Source: Candidatus Heimdallarchaeota archaeon (GTDB lineage Archaea > Asgardarchaeota > Heimdallarchaeia > Heimdallarchaeales > Heimdallarchaeaceae). Taken from it: a DNA stretch of 52,869 nucleotides. Each line of letters starts with the position of its first letter. Position 1 is the first letter of the stretch. The notes beneath the pieces are model-generated. The model had not been told where the DNA came from and ran no database searches. It saw only the letters and a list, made by a program, of their open reading frames with translations. This document shows, piece after piece, positions 38,665 through 49,661 of this stretch. The stretch is from positions 1-52,869 of the forward strand of contig DXJF01000113.1 in NCBI GenBank assembly GCA_019057375.1, read 5' to 3'. The position numbers were made by a program, and so were the translations under genes.

Positions 38665-39591
38665 ATGAAATCTTGTTCTTTAGATGGATGTATGGAAAGG
38701 GATTCTCTCCCCTTTAAATGTAAATTATGTGGTCAGATGTACTGTGCTAAACATCGACTACCAGAACAACATAATTGCATGCAAATAGGAATCTATCAAA
38801 CAGATGAATATAAAAAAGCCAAAGTTTCACCACCTAAACCAGAAAAAAAGGAAAAAGTAAAAACAAAGAGATATGGAGAAAGTATATATGGACCAAGAGA
38901 TTCTGAACGAAAATCAATACAGCTAGAATCTCAAGATAGATTTATGATGAGGTCATCATTCTTTACACTTTTTGAGTTGAAATCAGATATTATTAATATA
39001 TTAGCTGCTTCTTTATTGTTTAGCTTATTCCTAGGGACTCATAGTATAGTCACTAGATCAGTTTATCAAGGTGCTCAATTAACATCTCTATTTCTATATA
39101 CAACACTTCTCAATTTTGGTGTTTCAGTTTTTATTTTCTCAGGATTCTATGCAGTTCAAAAAATAGCTGCAAAACGCATGAAATTAAGATCAGGTGTTAT
39201 ATTATGGCTACAAGGGATTCTTCTAGGCTTATTCAGCATTTTTGTACCTATTTTCGTCGTTCCAGCCTTTCTTGTTTTCAGAGATTTCTCTGGAAGTGAT
39301 AGAGAAAGAGGTATTGTAGCGCTTAGTGGTATTGTTTGGATGCTGTTCTGGTCAATTGTTTGTCTTGTAGTTATGTTTGCAAATGGATTTGGGATCATCT
39401 GGTTATATGCTCTGAAAGAGATACCTATGTTTCTGCTGCTTTTTTCATTCTTTACTCTATTACCATTTGGTATTTTTACAGGTCGATATATTGCTAGATG
39501 GAATAGGAATTTATCATGGAGTCTTGTAGCTTTTACTTTTGCTCTATTTATTGTTTATCTAGTACAATCCTATAGAATGCCCCCGATATAA
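38665..39591 (+). CDS. AN1-type zinc finger fused to a degenerate M50/site-2-protease-like membrane domain
   Basis: CSLDGC...PFKCKLCGQMYCAKHRLPEQHNC (AN1); RERGIVALSG and TLLPFGIFTG match M50 layout but HExxH and the catalytic Asp are missing. Confidence 0.75.
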   Translation: MKSCSLDGCMERDSLPFKCKLCGQMYCAKHRLPEQHNCMQIGIYQTDEYKKAKVSPPKPEKKEKVKTKRYGESIYGPRDSERKSIQLESQDRFMMRSSFFTLFELKSDIINILAASLLFSLFLGTHSIVTRSVYQGAQLTSLFLYTTLLNFGVSVFIFSGFYAVQKIAAKRMKLRSGVILWLQGILLGLFSIFVPIFVVPAFLVFRDFSGSDRERGIVALSGIVWMLFWSIVCLVVMFANGFGIIWLYALKEIPMFLLLFSFFTLLPFGIFTGRYIARWNRNLSWSLVAFTFALFIVYLVQSYRMPPI

Positions 39592-39665
39592 TAAAGTAAA
39601 AATGAAGATTACCCGAACAAATATAAATTCCATTCTGATTTTTTTTTCATTCAGTTGGGGTACAA

Positions 39666-40958
39666 ATGGCAAAAGACCAAACCACCGACACTAACGATGT
39701 AAAAATCGAATTATCTAAGGAGCTTGGCTTAAAGGAAGCTCTAGGTATCGCAGTTGGTGCTCTTATTGGTGGTGGTGTTTTTAGCGTTCTAGGTTTAGTA
39801 ATCAATAATACTGGGCCAATGGCATTTTTGTCATTCATTCTGGCGGGTGTTGTAAGTTCGTTTACTGCTTACAGTTATGTTCATTTAGCCTTGAGATATC
39901 CTAAAGCTGGTGGAGCTTTTATTTATGCTCAACAAGCTTTCAAGAAGAAATGGCTTTCAGGTTTCTTGGGGGTAATTCTATGGTTTGGATATACTTTCTC
40001 TATTAGTCTTTATGCTATGACATTTGGGAGATATTTGGGAGAGGTTTTACCTATTTTTGGAGAAAAAATTCTTTGGGAGTTTCATCCTCTTTTTGGTGGT
40101 ACTGGTTATACAGTCACTTCATCAGCTTTTGTTTATCAGCTAATTAGTATACTTTTGTTTATTGGTCTCAATATGCTTGGAGTTAAAGAATCGAGTAGAG
40201 CACAAAACTTGCTTGTTCTAACAAAAGTATCAATTTTGATTTTTTATATCATTACTGGTATTTTTGCTGTTCAAAAAACCAATTTCTCTCTTTCTAGTAG
40301 TTTTGGTCAAACAATAATACCTGTAATAACGAGCTCTGTTCTTATTTTTGTTTCTATGGAGGGTTTTGAAATTCTCTCTAACTCTGTTGAAGAGATGAAA
40401 AATCCGGAAAGAGATTTACCAATTGGGATGTATCTTTCTATTATTATTGTACTTATTCTTTACGTTTCTGTAGCAGTCATAACTGTTGGAATTTTAGGTT
40501 CGGATGTTGGAGATATGGGAGAGGTTATCTTATCTCATTCAGCTCGACAATCATTTCTAAAGGAAACAGGTGCAATTATTATGGCAATTGCAGCAATTAT
40601 TTCTGCTGCATCAGCAATAAATGCCACCTTAATGGGGTCTTCTAGATTGTCCTATATGCTTTCTCATGAACGAATAATTCCAAAGGCATTTGCAAAAATA
40701 AGTCCAAAAACAAGAGTTCCAATGAGAGCGATAATCATTTCAGGTATTCTAAGTATGATTTTTGTTATATTATTCAGTTTAGAATTAGTTGCTATAGCTG
40801 CAAGCGTTATTTTCATGGTAATTTTTGGTGCTGTGAATGCTTCTGGAATCAAACTTTTGGAAGGGAAAAAGAAAATAGTAAGTGGAATTGGTGTCATTCT
40901 AATTATAGGTTATTGGATAATCTGGATTCTAACTTTCATCAATCCCAACTTAGCTTAG
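39666..40958 (+). CDS. APC family amino-acid permease
   Basis: GALIGGGVF, PKAGGAFIY, EGFE, SRLSYMLS, about 12 TMs. Confidence 0.92.
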   Translation: MAKDQTTDTNDVKIELSKELGLKEALGIAVGALIGGGVFSVLGLVINNTGPMAFLSFILAGVVSSFTAYSYVHLALRYPKAGGAFIYAQQAFKKKWLSGFLGVILWFGYTFSISLYAMTFGRYLGEVLPIFGEKILWEFHPLFGGTGYTVTSSAFVYQLISILLFIGLNMLGVKESSRAQNLLVLTKVSILIFYIITGIFAVQKTNFSLSSSFGQTIIPVITSSVLIFVSMEGFEILSNSVEEMKNPERDLPIGMYLSIIIVLILYVSVAVITVGILGSDVGDMGEVILSHSARQSFLKETGAIIMAIAAIISAASAINATLMGSSRLSYMLSHERIIPKAFAKISPKTRVPMRAIIISGILSMIFVILFSLELVAIAASVIFMVIFGAVNASGIKLLEGKKKIVSGIGVILIIGYWIIWILTFINPNLA

Positions 40959-41094
40959 TTGAACTTCTTTAGTGAGATTTCCTTTTCTTTAAAATTATCA
41001 GATTTCTGCACATTAGTTTTACTATGTATCCTCTCTAGCAGAATTCCTTTCTATGAATACATTTTTTATAGAAGTTTCATTTTCTATATATTAT

Positions 41095-41607
41095 ATGTAT
41101 AAATTAACTGATTTGTTTGAAGCAACACAAAAAGAAAGAAATAATTTCTTCTTACTTTTTGAAGCACTTCCGGAAAAAATATGGTATGGAAAGCTGGAAG
41201 AAGAATTATGGTCACCAGAGAATACTTTTAGGCATCTTCTTTCATCAATCACTTGGTTAAAGAATTATTTCCCAGGTTTGGAAATCGAAGACAGTCCTTA
41301 TGGTCTTAAATATGGTACTAAGCCTGAAGGAAAGGTTCCTCTGGAAGAAATTAAAGAGGAATTTGAAAGAATTACATCCAAACTGAAAAGTGAAATGGAT
41401 AAACTCACACCTGAACAAGAGGATGAGGTAATAGATTCAGGTTTTGGAGTAAACACTCGAGCAAAATTAATTGCTGGGATGTTATTGCATGAGCATACAC
41501 ATTTTGGTCAAATCGTTTCTACGATGAAGAGAGTAGGAGGTTATTCCGATCAAGATTTACGAGAAAAACTTATTTCAATATTAAAGAAACAGAAGAAGTC
41601 GAGGTAG
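41095..41607 (+). CDS. DinB/YfiT-like metal-binding protein
   Basis: WSPENTFRHL and LHEHTHFGQI His motifs; ATG at 41095 preferred. Confidence 0.8.
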   Translation: MYKLTDLFEATQKERNNFFLLFEALPEKIWYGKLEEELWSPENTFRHLLSSITWLKNYFPGLEIEDSPYGLKYGTKPEGKVPLEEIKEEFERITSKLKSEMDKLTPEQEDEVIDSGFGVNTRAKLIAGMLLHEHTHFGQIVSTMKRVGGYSDQDLREKLISILKKQKKSR

Positions 41608-41611
41608 AAGT

Positions 41612-41896
41612 TTGTCAGAAGAGAAATCAACTATCATTGAAGTTGTAAATATTCTAGAAGCTGGTAGATGTCCCTACGGACATGAAATAGGAGATAAGTT
41701 CGAATACCCTGAAGATAGAGGAAAAATTTGCACAGCAGCTTTCAATTCGATATATCCTTATGCTCTAGGTATAAATATTGGTGCAAGTTTTCCTTGGGAA
41801 GAGGATCCAGATTCAGTAACTATTTGCTGTCCTGATTACAAAAATCCAGTTGTATTCAAAATTACAAGAAATAGCTTGAAATCAATATCAAATTGA
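41612..41896 (+). CDS. TIGR04076-like small Cys-containing protein
   Basis: CPYGHEIGDKF, ICTAAFNSIYPY, CCPDYKNPVVFKI pattern. Confidence 0.75.
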   Translation: MSEEKSTIIEVVNILEAGRCPYGHEIGDKFEYPEDRGKICTAAFNSIYPYALGINIGASFPWEEDPDSVTICCPDYKNPVVFKITRNSLKSISN

Positions 41897-41911
41897 TATA
41901 ATTAGATAAAA

Positions 41912-42250
41912 TTAAACGGATACTAATTCGTATCCCTGTTTTACCCATTTTTCTAGAGGAGTATGTCCAAACAAATCATCATGTATTGGAAGATTTTGTC
42001 TTTCAGCTGATTCAAGAGCTCCTAAAGATTTTGCACAAACTTTGCAGACTGAGGTTATCAAGTTTAATTCCTTCATTTTCTCAAATTTGTCATTCTTGTT
42101 TTCTTCATATGCTGAAACTAGTTTGCATCCTTCACTCTCAAAAACAACACCAACTTCATATCCTTTTTCACTGAAGTCTAATACGTTCATCATTACATGA
42201 GTAAAGATTCCTTTGTTCGCTGTCCAAATTACAAAAAGTATTTTTCTCAC
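41912..42250 (-). CDS. DsrE-like protein
   Basis: VVFESEG, VCKVCAKSLG, WVKQGYELV pattern. Confidence 0.7.
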   Translation of the reverse strand: MRKILFVIWTANKGIFTHVMMNVLDFSEKGYEVGVVFESEGCKLVSAYEENKNDKFEKMKELNLITSVCKVCAKSLGALESAERQNLPIHDDLFGHTPLEKWVKQGYELVSV

Positions 42251-42316
42251 TAAATCACCAAGGAATAATTTGATAATAAATATAAAATATTTTCTAAAAA
42301 AAAGAGAAAAAAGAGA

Positions 42317-45300
42317 TTAGAAACGAACTGTAGCAATTTTATATGCATCGAAAACGGGAATTAAAATTCCATTTTCAATAAATTCAAAAATTATTGGGAG
42401 TCCTTTTTCAATCCTAATATCATCAAGTTCATCAAAGATTCGACTTATAGTAACATTATCTCCATCTATAATATATTCAACCAAACGCTTCTGTAAGCCA
42501 TTAAATTCTTCAATCTCAGCCTGTTTATATAGAGATACTGTAAATGGATAGAAAATCCATAAATAAATCTCTTTCATGATTTTTTCAGTTATCCCTTGGA
42601 GGTTGACACGAAAGACTTCTGTGGAACCATCCCAATCCTCTCTTATACTGCTAAACATCTTAGCGAACCACTCACTAATAACTGTTAGTTGCCTTTCTAT
42701 CTCCTCATTAAGATCTGTTTCTGAGAAAGTATAAAGAGTAAATTGTCCAGATTCAGATCCAGTTATTGAGAAATTCTTATATTGGAGTCTTCTAATAGAA
42801 CCAGCTTTATCATCTCTTAACTCCACACCCATTGAGGCAATAGCTGTTAGGAATCCTGTAATAAGTGAAGGATCTAGAGAAATCTCTGAACCTAAATCCA
42901 TTTCATAAACTGGTAAGCCAGTTAAATTGTGAACTATGATTATCTTTGTAATTGATAAAACACTTTCATACAAACCATAAATTCTTGCAAAAAGAGCTTT
43001 TTCAGATCTTTTATTCTTATCAAGTTTTCTTCTAACAAATACTGATAAAGGGGTGACTAAAGCAGCTAAAGTGAAGATTCCGATAATTATGTAAATATAA
43101 AATGGAATACCTTCTACTGGACCAGGAGGAGCAGTAATTGATATTGATTTGAGTAGTTGATTAGACTTTGTTTCGTAACCTGGTTTACTTATTGAAATAA
43201 AGACGTTAATACTGGTTTCTTGAGGTTCATGTATTCTAATTGTTACAGAATATAATCTAAGATTTTCTGTAGGAACACCAATTATCTCTGCGTCCGCTGG
43301 ACTTAAATCTAATGAAATATTTAAACTTGCTACTTCCGGAATATTGTCCGTATGAATGGTATCAACATAATAAAATGTGATTATTGTTTCATTACCCCAA
43401 TAAACTTCATCATCTGAGGATACAATATCTATGGTTGTTGGTATAGTGAGAATTTCTAAATTGACAGTGGTTGTTGCATTTTCTTGGCCATAATTTACTA
43501 TGAAACCTTGTTTTGCAACAGAGATTCTTATTGAATAAGAACCGGGGAATAAATCTAGTCCAGAAGTATCACTAAACAACTCTAATTGTAGTAGATTTGT
43601 AACTGCAAATTCTCTTACACCATAATCTACTGCTTTAACTAAGAGCACATCATCAAGATAGAATGCCATTTCATCTGGAATTACAGAATTACTATAATTC
43701 GATGTATCTACAACAGTAAATTGAACATAAGACTCTTCATCATTATAGTAAGCTTGAAAATTCCCTCCTGATGAGGGATTAATTGTAAAAGTATGATAAA
43801 CACTAACATCAAATGTTATAGTATGTGTTTCCAAGGATTGACCTGATGCTGTTAGAGTGATAGAGTGGTTTCCAGCAACTGCATCGATTAGAATATCACT
43901 TTCATAGTATGGATCAACATAATTCAAAAAGCCAGAAGTTCCCCAAGATGTATTGTATGCAACTGGAGCAGCAGTAATTGGTGTGCCATCCCCAGAGTAG
44001 AAGGGATCACTTATATTATTGTATAAAATTCGTATATTAACGCTTTCACTATTCATTCTGTTTATAGAAACAGAAGAATTAGTATAATCATTTCCTCCGA
44101 ACGTTTCTTCCCAACTAAATGAAGCTGTCGTTGATTTAGTAACCGATATAGTCAATGAATAGAAACCAACTTCTGTGCCATTTTGCCAGAAACATGTAGC
44201 GGACCATTGTCCTTCTATATCTGTTCCATTTATAGATGGATCAAAAACTGTACTAACCATATATCTTCCAGGACTAAATTGACTTGTCTCAAGAAAAGTA
44301 TAGGAAGTTATGTCTGTATAAGAAATATTGATGTAATCTGTTTCGTCTTTTATTGGAACAATATTTCCATTTGGATCATAGATAGTGAAGTTCAATTCAC
44401 CATCTAATACATCTATTGATGCGGAATCTTTGACATAGATGTCTGCGTTGACTATTGAACCATCATGACCAATTGCATGGGTTTCATTTGTTGTCCAGTA
44501 ACCTAGATTATATACATTAGAATCAAGTATAAGATTATTCAGATAATTAAGACTCGTAGTTGTGAAATTAAAAGTACTAGCTGGAAACTCATTCCCAACA
44601 ATAATACTACCACAATCGAATGAATAACCTGAATGATTTCTTTCCCCGGATATTGGAATTGAATTGTCTACTAAAAGACTAAAAGATAGATTGCTCCAAT
44701 CTATTGGTGTTAAGAAACTAAACTCTCTAACTGCATTGGAATAAGTTAAGATATTTACAACATCAGAAGACCATGTAACATACCAATTAGCACTATTTGA
44801 TAAATATGAGGAATTTGTAATCAAAAATCTTGAAGAAGCAGTCAATTGATCCGAGAAATAATAAGAATTATTCAATTCTAGATAAAGAGATGTGCGAGTA
44901 ATCAATGAATTTCCTGAAGAAATAGGATGAGGACCAGTAGATGTTATTTCTTGATCGTGAGTCAATATTTGGTTTGGTCCGTCTCTTAAATAGATTTCAG
45001 TTAAATCGGAAAATACTTTGACAGAACCATCTGCCTCTGATGGTTTCAAATCAACTTTAACATTGCACATTTCATTTTCGAGAGACCAACTTGTCCCATC
45101 ATGATGATACATTTCAAACCCAGCTACTGTTGCAATGTGTCCTTCCCAAAGAAATGAATCAGATCCTGAACCATAAACAGATAGATTCGCTACGACAAAA
45201 TAACTTCCTTGTTCTAGTATTGTTTCTTGACCTAAAGACATATTTTGAAAATTATAATAATACCAAGTGTTTGAAGGCAAATTATTAGTTGAATTATAAG

Positions 45301-45931
45301 GTCCATTCGATTCAAATGCCCTTATATCATTCATATTGGGTAAACCAGATATATCTGCTTTTACAACAAATATTTCCAATTCTTGGTTCCCTAGTGTTGG
45401 TCCAGTAGTTTGAAGATTCATTTCAGCTCCATAAAAAACTCCATATTCCCAAGTTATTTGAAAACCTTGAGCAATTCTAATGTTAGTGGCATCCAAAATT
45501 TCTCCTCTGTTAGATCCTTCATTAATAGTATAATTATCTCTCACTCCTGTAACTGTTAAACCAAATTCCATATAATCAGTAGCAAAACCTGTTAAACCTT
45601 GAACATCCAAAATTTCTTCCCAATCATTGCTAGAATTTAGATACATATTGGAGACTGCGGAAACTGATAATTCATCCGATATTGTAAAAGAATCTCCATC
45701 TCCTTGAGAAGATTCTATTGGGACATAGGCTAAATGTGGAAAATAGATTAAATCATCTTCAAATGAAAGAGATTCTTCCATGTTTCTTGGTTCTACTTGA
45801 CTAAATGGTTTAAAAGAACCATCTGCAATATTTCCATTTTTTATTCCTAAAATCCCAAAAGATGGAGAAATAAGAATATTTAGCATAAAAATTAAACATA
45901 ATAACCTATTTGTTTTTTCATTGGTCCCCAT
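42317..45931 (-). CDS. Large single-pass surface glycoprotein with cytoplasmic longin + winged-helix module (array member 1, intact)
   Basis: Signal-like N-terminus, ~930-aa beta-rich ectodomain with many N-x-S/T sequons, TM FYIYIIIGIFTLAALVTPLSVFV + RRK, longin pattern IIIVH-GLPVY-DPSLITGFLTAI-...-WDGS. Confidence 0.85.
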   Translation of the reverse strand: MGTNEKTNRLLCLIFMLNILISPSFGILGIKNGNIADGSFKPFSQVEPRNMEESLSFEDDLIYFPHLAYVPIESSQGDGDSFTISDELSVSAVSNMYLNSSNDWEEILDVQGLTGFATDYMEFGLTVTGVRDNYTINEGSNRGEILDATNIRIAQGFQITWEYGVFYGAEMNLQTTGPTLGNQELEIFVVKADISGLPNMNDIRAFESNGPYNSTNNLPSNTWYYYNFQNMSLGQETILEQGSYFVVANLSVYGSGSDSFLWEGHIATVAGFEMYHHDGTSWSLENEMCNVKVDLKPSEADGSVKVFSDLTEIYLRDGPNQILTHDQEITSTGPHPISSGNSLITRTSLYLELNNSYYFSDQLTASSRFLITNSSYLSNSANWYVTWSSDVVNILTYSNAVREFSFLTPIDWSNLSFSLLVDNSIPISGERNHSGYSFDCGSIIVGNEFPASTFNFTTTSLNYLNNLILDSNVYNLGYWTTNETHAIGHDGSIVNADIYVKDSASIDVLDGELNFTIYDPNGNIVPIKDETDYINISYTDITSYTFLETSQFSPGRYMVSTVFDPSINGTDIEGQWSATCFWQNGTEVGFYSLTISVTKSTTASFSWEETFGGNDYTNSSVSINRMNSESVNIRILYNNISDPFYSGDGTPITAAPVAYNTSWGTSGFLNYVDPYYESDILIDAVAGNHSITLTASGQSLETHTITFDVSVYHTFTINPSSGGNFQAYYNDEESYVQFTVVDTSNYSNSVIPDEMAFYLDDVLLVKAVDYGVREFAVTNLLQLELFSDTSGLDLFPGSYSIRISVAKQGFIVNYGQENATTTVNLEILTIPTTIDIVSSDDEVYWGNETIITFYYVDTIHTDNIPEVASLNISLDLSPADAEIIGVPTENLRLYSVTIRIHEPQETSINVFISISKPGYETKSNQLLKSISITAPPGPVEGIPFYIYIIIGIFTLAALVTPLSVFVRRKLDKNKRSEKALFARIYGLYESVLSITKIIIVHNLTGLPVYEMDLGSEISLDPSLITGFLTAIASMGVELRDDKAGSIRRLQYKNFSITGSESGQFTLYTFSETDLNEEIERQLTVISEWFAKMFSSIREDWDGSTEVFRVNLQGITEKIMKEIYLWIFYPFTVSLYKQAEIEEFNGLQKRLVEYIIDGDNVTISRIFDELDDIRIEKGLPIIFEFIENGILIPVFDAYKIATVRF

Positions 45932-46047
45932 TTACCAAAAACCCCACAAAGTATTTTGTTATCTTATCATTATGACTAATTAACTATTATTTATAAATAA
46001 TTAGTTACTTTTGATAAAATTAGGTTTAAACTGAACGAAATAAGATA

Positions 46048-49000
46048 TCAAAATCTAACTGTAGCAATTTTGTATGCATCAAATTCAGGCTCTAGAATGT
46101 TATTTTCAATTAATTCAAAAACTATTGGTAATCCTTGTTCTAATTTAATATCGTCAAAATCATCAAAAAGACGACTTATTGTTATTGTATCACTTTCACC
46201 TATATAGTCGATCATTCGTTTTCTTATTCCTGACATTTCTTCAATTTCTTTGTTCTTATAATGAGAAACTCTGAATGGATAGAATATCCAAAGATGGATC
46301 TCTTTCATAATTTTCTCTGTTATTCCTTTAAGATTTAATCTAAACGGCTCAGTTGAACCGTCCCAATCGGCATCTATTTGTGGGAACATCATGTCAAACC
46401 AATCACTAATTAGAGTAAGTTTCTGCTCTATCTCTTCATTTAATTCAGACTCTGAAAACGTATAAAGAGTGAAAAAGCCAGATTGTGAGGCTGTTACTTG
46501 GAATTCTTTGTATTGTACTCTTCTTACCCCTCCAGATTTATCTCCTCTCATTTCACTTCCTACAGAGGAAACAGCCGAAAGGAATCCTGAAATTAGTGAG
46601 GGGTCTACGTCAATCTCTGATCCTAAATCCATTTCATAAACAGGTAAACTTGTAACTCTGTGAACTACAATGAGCTTTGTTATTGATAGTACCCCTTCAT
46701 AGAAATTGTAAGTTCTTGTGAAAATATCTTGCTGATTTCTTTTTTCTCGATTTTTTCTTCTTCTTAAAAGTAAAATCGATGGTACAATCACAGCTCCTGC
46801 ACCAAGAACACCTATTATGATAAAGAGATAAAAGGGTAGTTTGGAATCTGGATCAGTTGGAAAATTAATCTGAATAGAAGCAAGTCTAAAATTCTCAATT
46901 AATTCATATCCTGAAACTGAAACTGAAATGTAAATATTCAATGATACAATTGTAGGTTCAAGTATTTTTACTATAACAGTGTAAATACCTGCTGATTCAG
47001 AGTCAAACCAAACTTCTACACCTTCAATATCTACATTAAGTTCGAATTCAGATTCAGTGAGTTCCATAATCCCTATGGAATGATCTGTATCCATAACACT
47101 GAATTTGAGTTCTGATTGAGTATTAGTATCCATTTCTTCTATATCTTGTTCAATTACAATTGTTATTTTGATAGGTATAATTTCAAATTGAGGAAATAAT
47201 AGTGAAGCACTACTTTGACCAATTTCATCAATGAAATCCGTTTTGGTGGCTTGAACTTCTAAGTTGTGACTTCCAATATCCAATCCTAATGAATTTGTAC
47301 CCAATTCTATTTCTATTATTCCACTCACAAATGAAAGATTGAATTCTCCACTAGTTAAGTTGTTTGAGTTAAGTTTAACAGCTACTTCATTAGGATAAAT
47401 TTGAACACTCATATTTGAGATATCAATTAATTCGAAACTAAAAACTGCTGAATCTGTGTAAGTAACTTCGCTTTGACTTTGAATTATATTGATTGTAAAT
47501 ATATGAAAAATCTTTACTGAAAATTGTAATGTGTGGTTTTGTAGAAATTGACCATTAGCGAATAATTGAATGTTCGAGTTTCCTTCCGGTGCATTCGTTA
47601 CAATTTCTGTATCATATGAAGAGATATTAAAGTTAATTAAACCTGAATCCAGCCAACTAGTGGAATATGAAACTGAAGCAGCAGTTATTGGTGTTCCATT
47701 ACCAACAAAAAATGGATCGCTTATATTATAATAATTTACTCTTATCCTTATACTCTCTTCATTAATACGGTTTATTTCTTTAATTGGATTATCGATCCAG
47801 ACATCCCTATCTGCTTGTTCTTCCCACTCAAATACAGCAAATGTAGGTTTTACGACTGTAACTTTGCTAGCAAAGAAACCTACAGCAGTTCCATTTGTCC
47901 ATTCATAAGCAACTGTCCAAAATCCTTCTGTGTCGCTTCCATAAACAGAAGGATCAAATTAAGTGCTAGCAGAGTACACTCCAGGACTTGACTGAGAGGA
48001 TATAATTTGAGAATAACTAGTTGTATCTACAAATGAGATGTTTGAATCAAGAATTGTTTTCATAGCTATAATTTCACCATCTGGAGAATAAAGTGTAAAG
48101 TTTAATTGACCAGTGGTGATATCAGAAAGCAAATCATCCTTAACTGATATCACAGCATCTAAATCAGACCCGTAATAACCTATAGCATGTGTCGTATTAG
48201 TTGTCCAGTACCCTAAATTGAATGTTTCAGAGGATATACTTGAATCATAAAGGTAATTCCTACTCGTTGAATAAAATACAAAATCGCTTTCGTAATAATT
48301 GCTGTCATGATGTAGAACATCTAAATCGAGTGTATGAATATTAGAATTTACAGAACTTACAATTGGAATAGAGTCATTAATTAAGAAAATCTGACTGAGA
48401 TTATTCCATCCGTTGGGAATAGTTATCGATTGTAATCGAATTGGATTGGTGTATTGAAATATATCAACTAAAGGAGTAAACCAATTAATGCTCCAAGAAA
48501 TACTATAATCATAAAAAGAAGAATTGATAGCTGTATAAAATGACTGACCCACAAAAGATCTACTAAAGACATATGGGTTGTTCATTTCTATATCAACTGA
48601 AGTGTTTGAAGTAAGAGTATGATCTCCAGTTCCACTTATCATTTGGTTAAAAGATGTTATATCTACCCCATTATCTCTTAGTTGTACTTCAGCAGGATCT
48701 GAGAATCTCATCGCTGTACCATTTGCATATGCAGGAGTTAACTCTGGAGCTAAGATATAATCCTTATTGACTATTGAAGACCATACAGTACCATCGTGAG
48801 TATATGAATCTGCAAAAACTGATCCTTGTTGACCTCTCCAATTGAAACCATCACCATCCGTTGCATCATAATTAGAAACATTAGCTACTACATAGTATTT
48901 GCCTGTTGAGAGAGTTATATCATTAAAATCGTAATAAACCGTATTTCCTAGTGTACTTTCAGTAATTGGATTCAATGCGGTATAAGGTCCATTTGTTGCA

Positions 49001-49620
49001 CTACTTAGGATGGATAACATATCTGGTTTTCCGTCGGAAATGCTTGCATTGACTATGAATAGTTCTAATTCATCATCACCTATAGTATTTTCAATGACAA
49101 GATATATTTTGGCACCTGTAAAAATAGCTGTAGGCCACGTTATATCAAAACTTTGAGCTATTCTTATAGTTGAAGAGCTGAGAATCTCATCTTTATTATG
49201 AATTGTCTGTTGATAGTCAAAGTATTTGCTTGCAGAAATAGCAGTTATATTATATTGAAGAGAATCTGTGAAATAATCAGTAATACCTGAAATTGTATAG
49301 GAATCTGAATAACTGTTATCTGAATTAAGAGATATATTTACTCTCTGCTTCACTTGCAAGTTATCTGATACTAAAAAATTATCACCACTCCCATCTGAGT
49401 TTGTAATGGGTATGTATGAATATTTCAATGATTGTTCTAGATATGGACCTTCCAAACTATTTAGGAACCCACTCTGAGAATAAATTAAGTCATCTTCAAT
49501 GTTATTAATTAAAAGCAATCCATTTGAAATATTATTTGATGTGAAAGGCAAAACTGGGGTGATTATAAAAGCTATGAGGGTTAATGATATGAGCTTTCTA
49601 AATCTGAAACAACTTGACAA
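46048..49620 (-). pseudogene. Paralogue of 42317..45931 (array member 2) interrupted by a single in-frame TAA at 47959-47961
   Basis: ORFs 47959..49620 and 46048..47412 are in the same frame; the 182 intervening codons contain no stop and align with member 1 (ST*FDPS vs STVFDPS). Confidence 0.85.
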
Positions 49621-49661
49621 TAGTTTACATCTCTATTATTCTATTAGACTAATAATATCTT

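Noticed and set aside
45970-46010. AT-rich palindromes upstream of receptor genes (also TATTAG-A-CTAATA at 49642-49654)
   Set aside because: Not the same motif at each gene and expected by chance in very AT-rich intergenic DNA.
47959-47961. Selenocysteine or pyrrolysine recoding of the receptor-2 stop
   Set aside because: The codon is TAA, not TGA or TAG, and aligns to Val in the paralogue.
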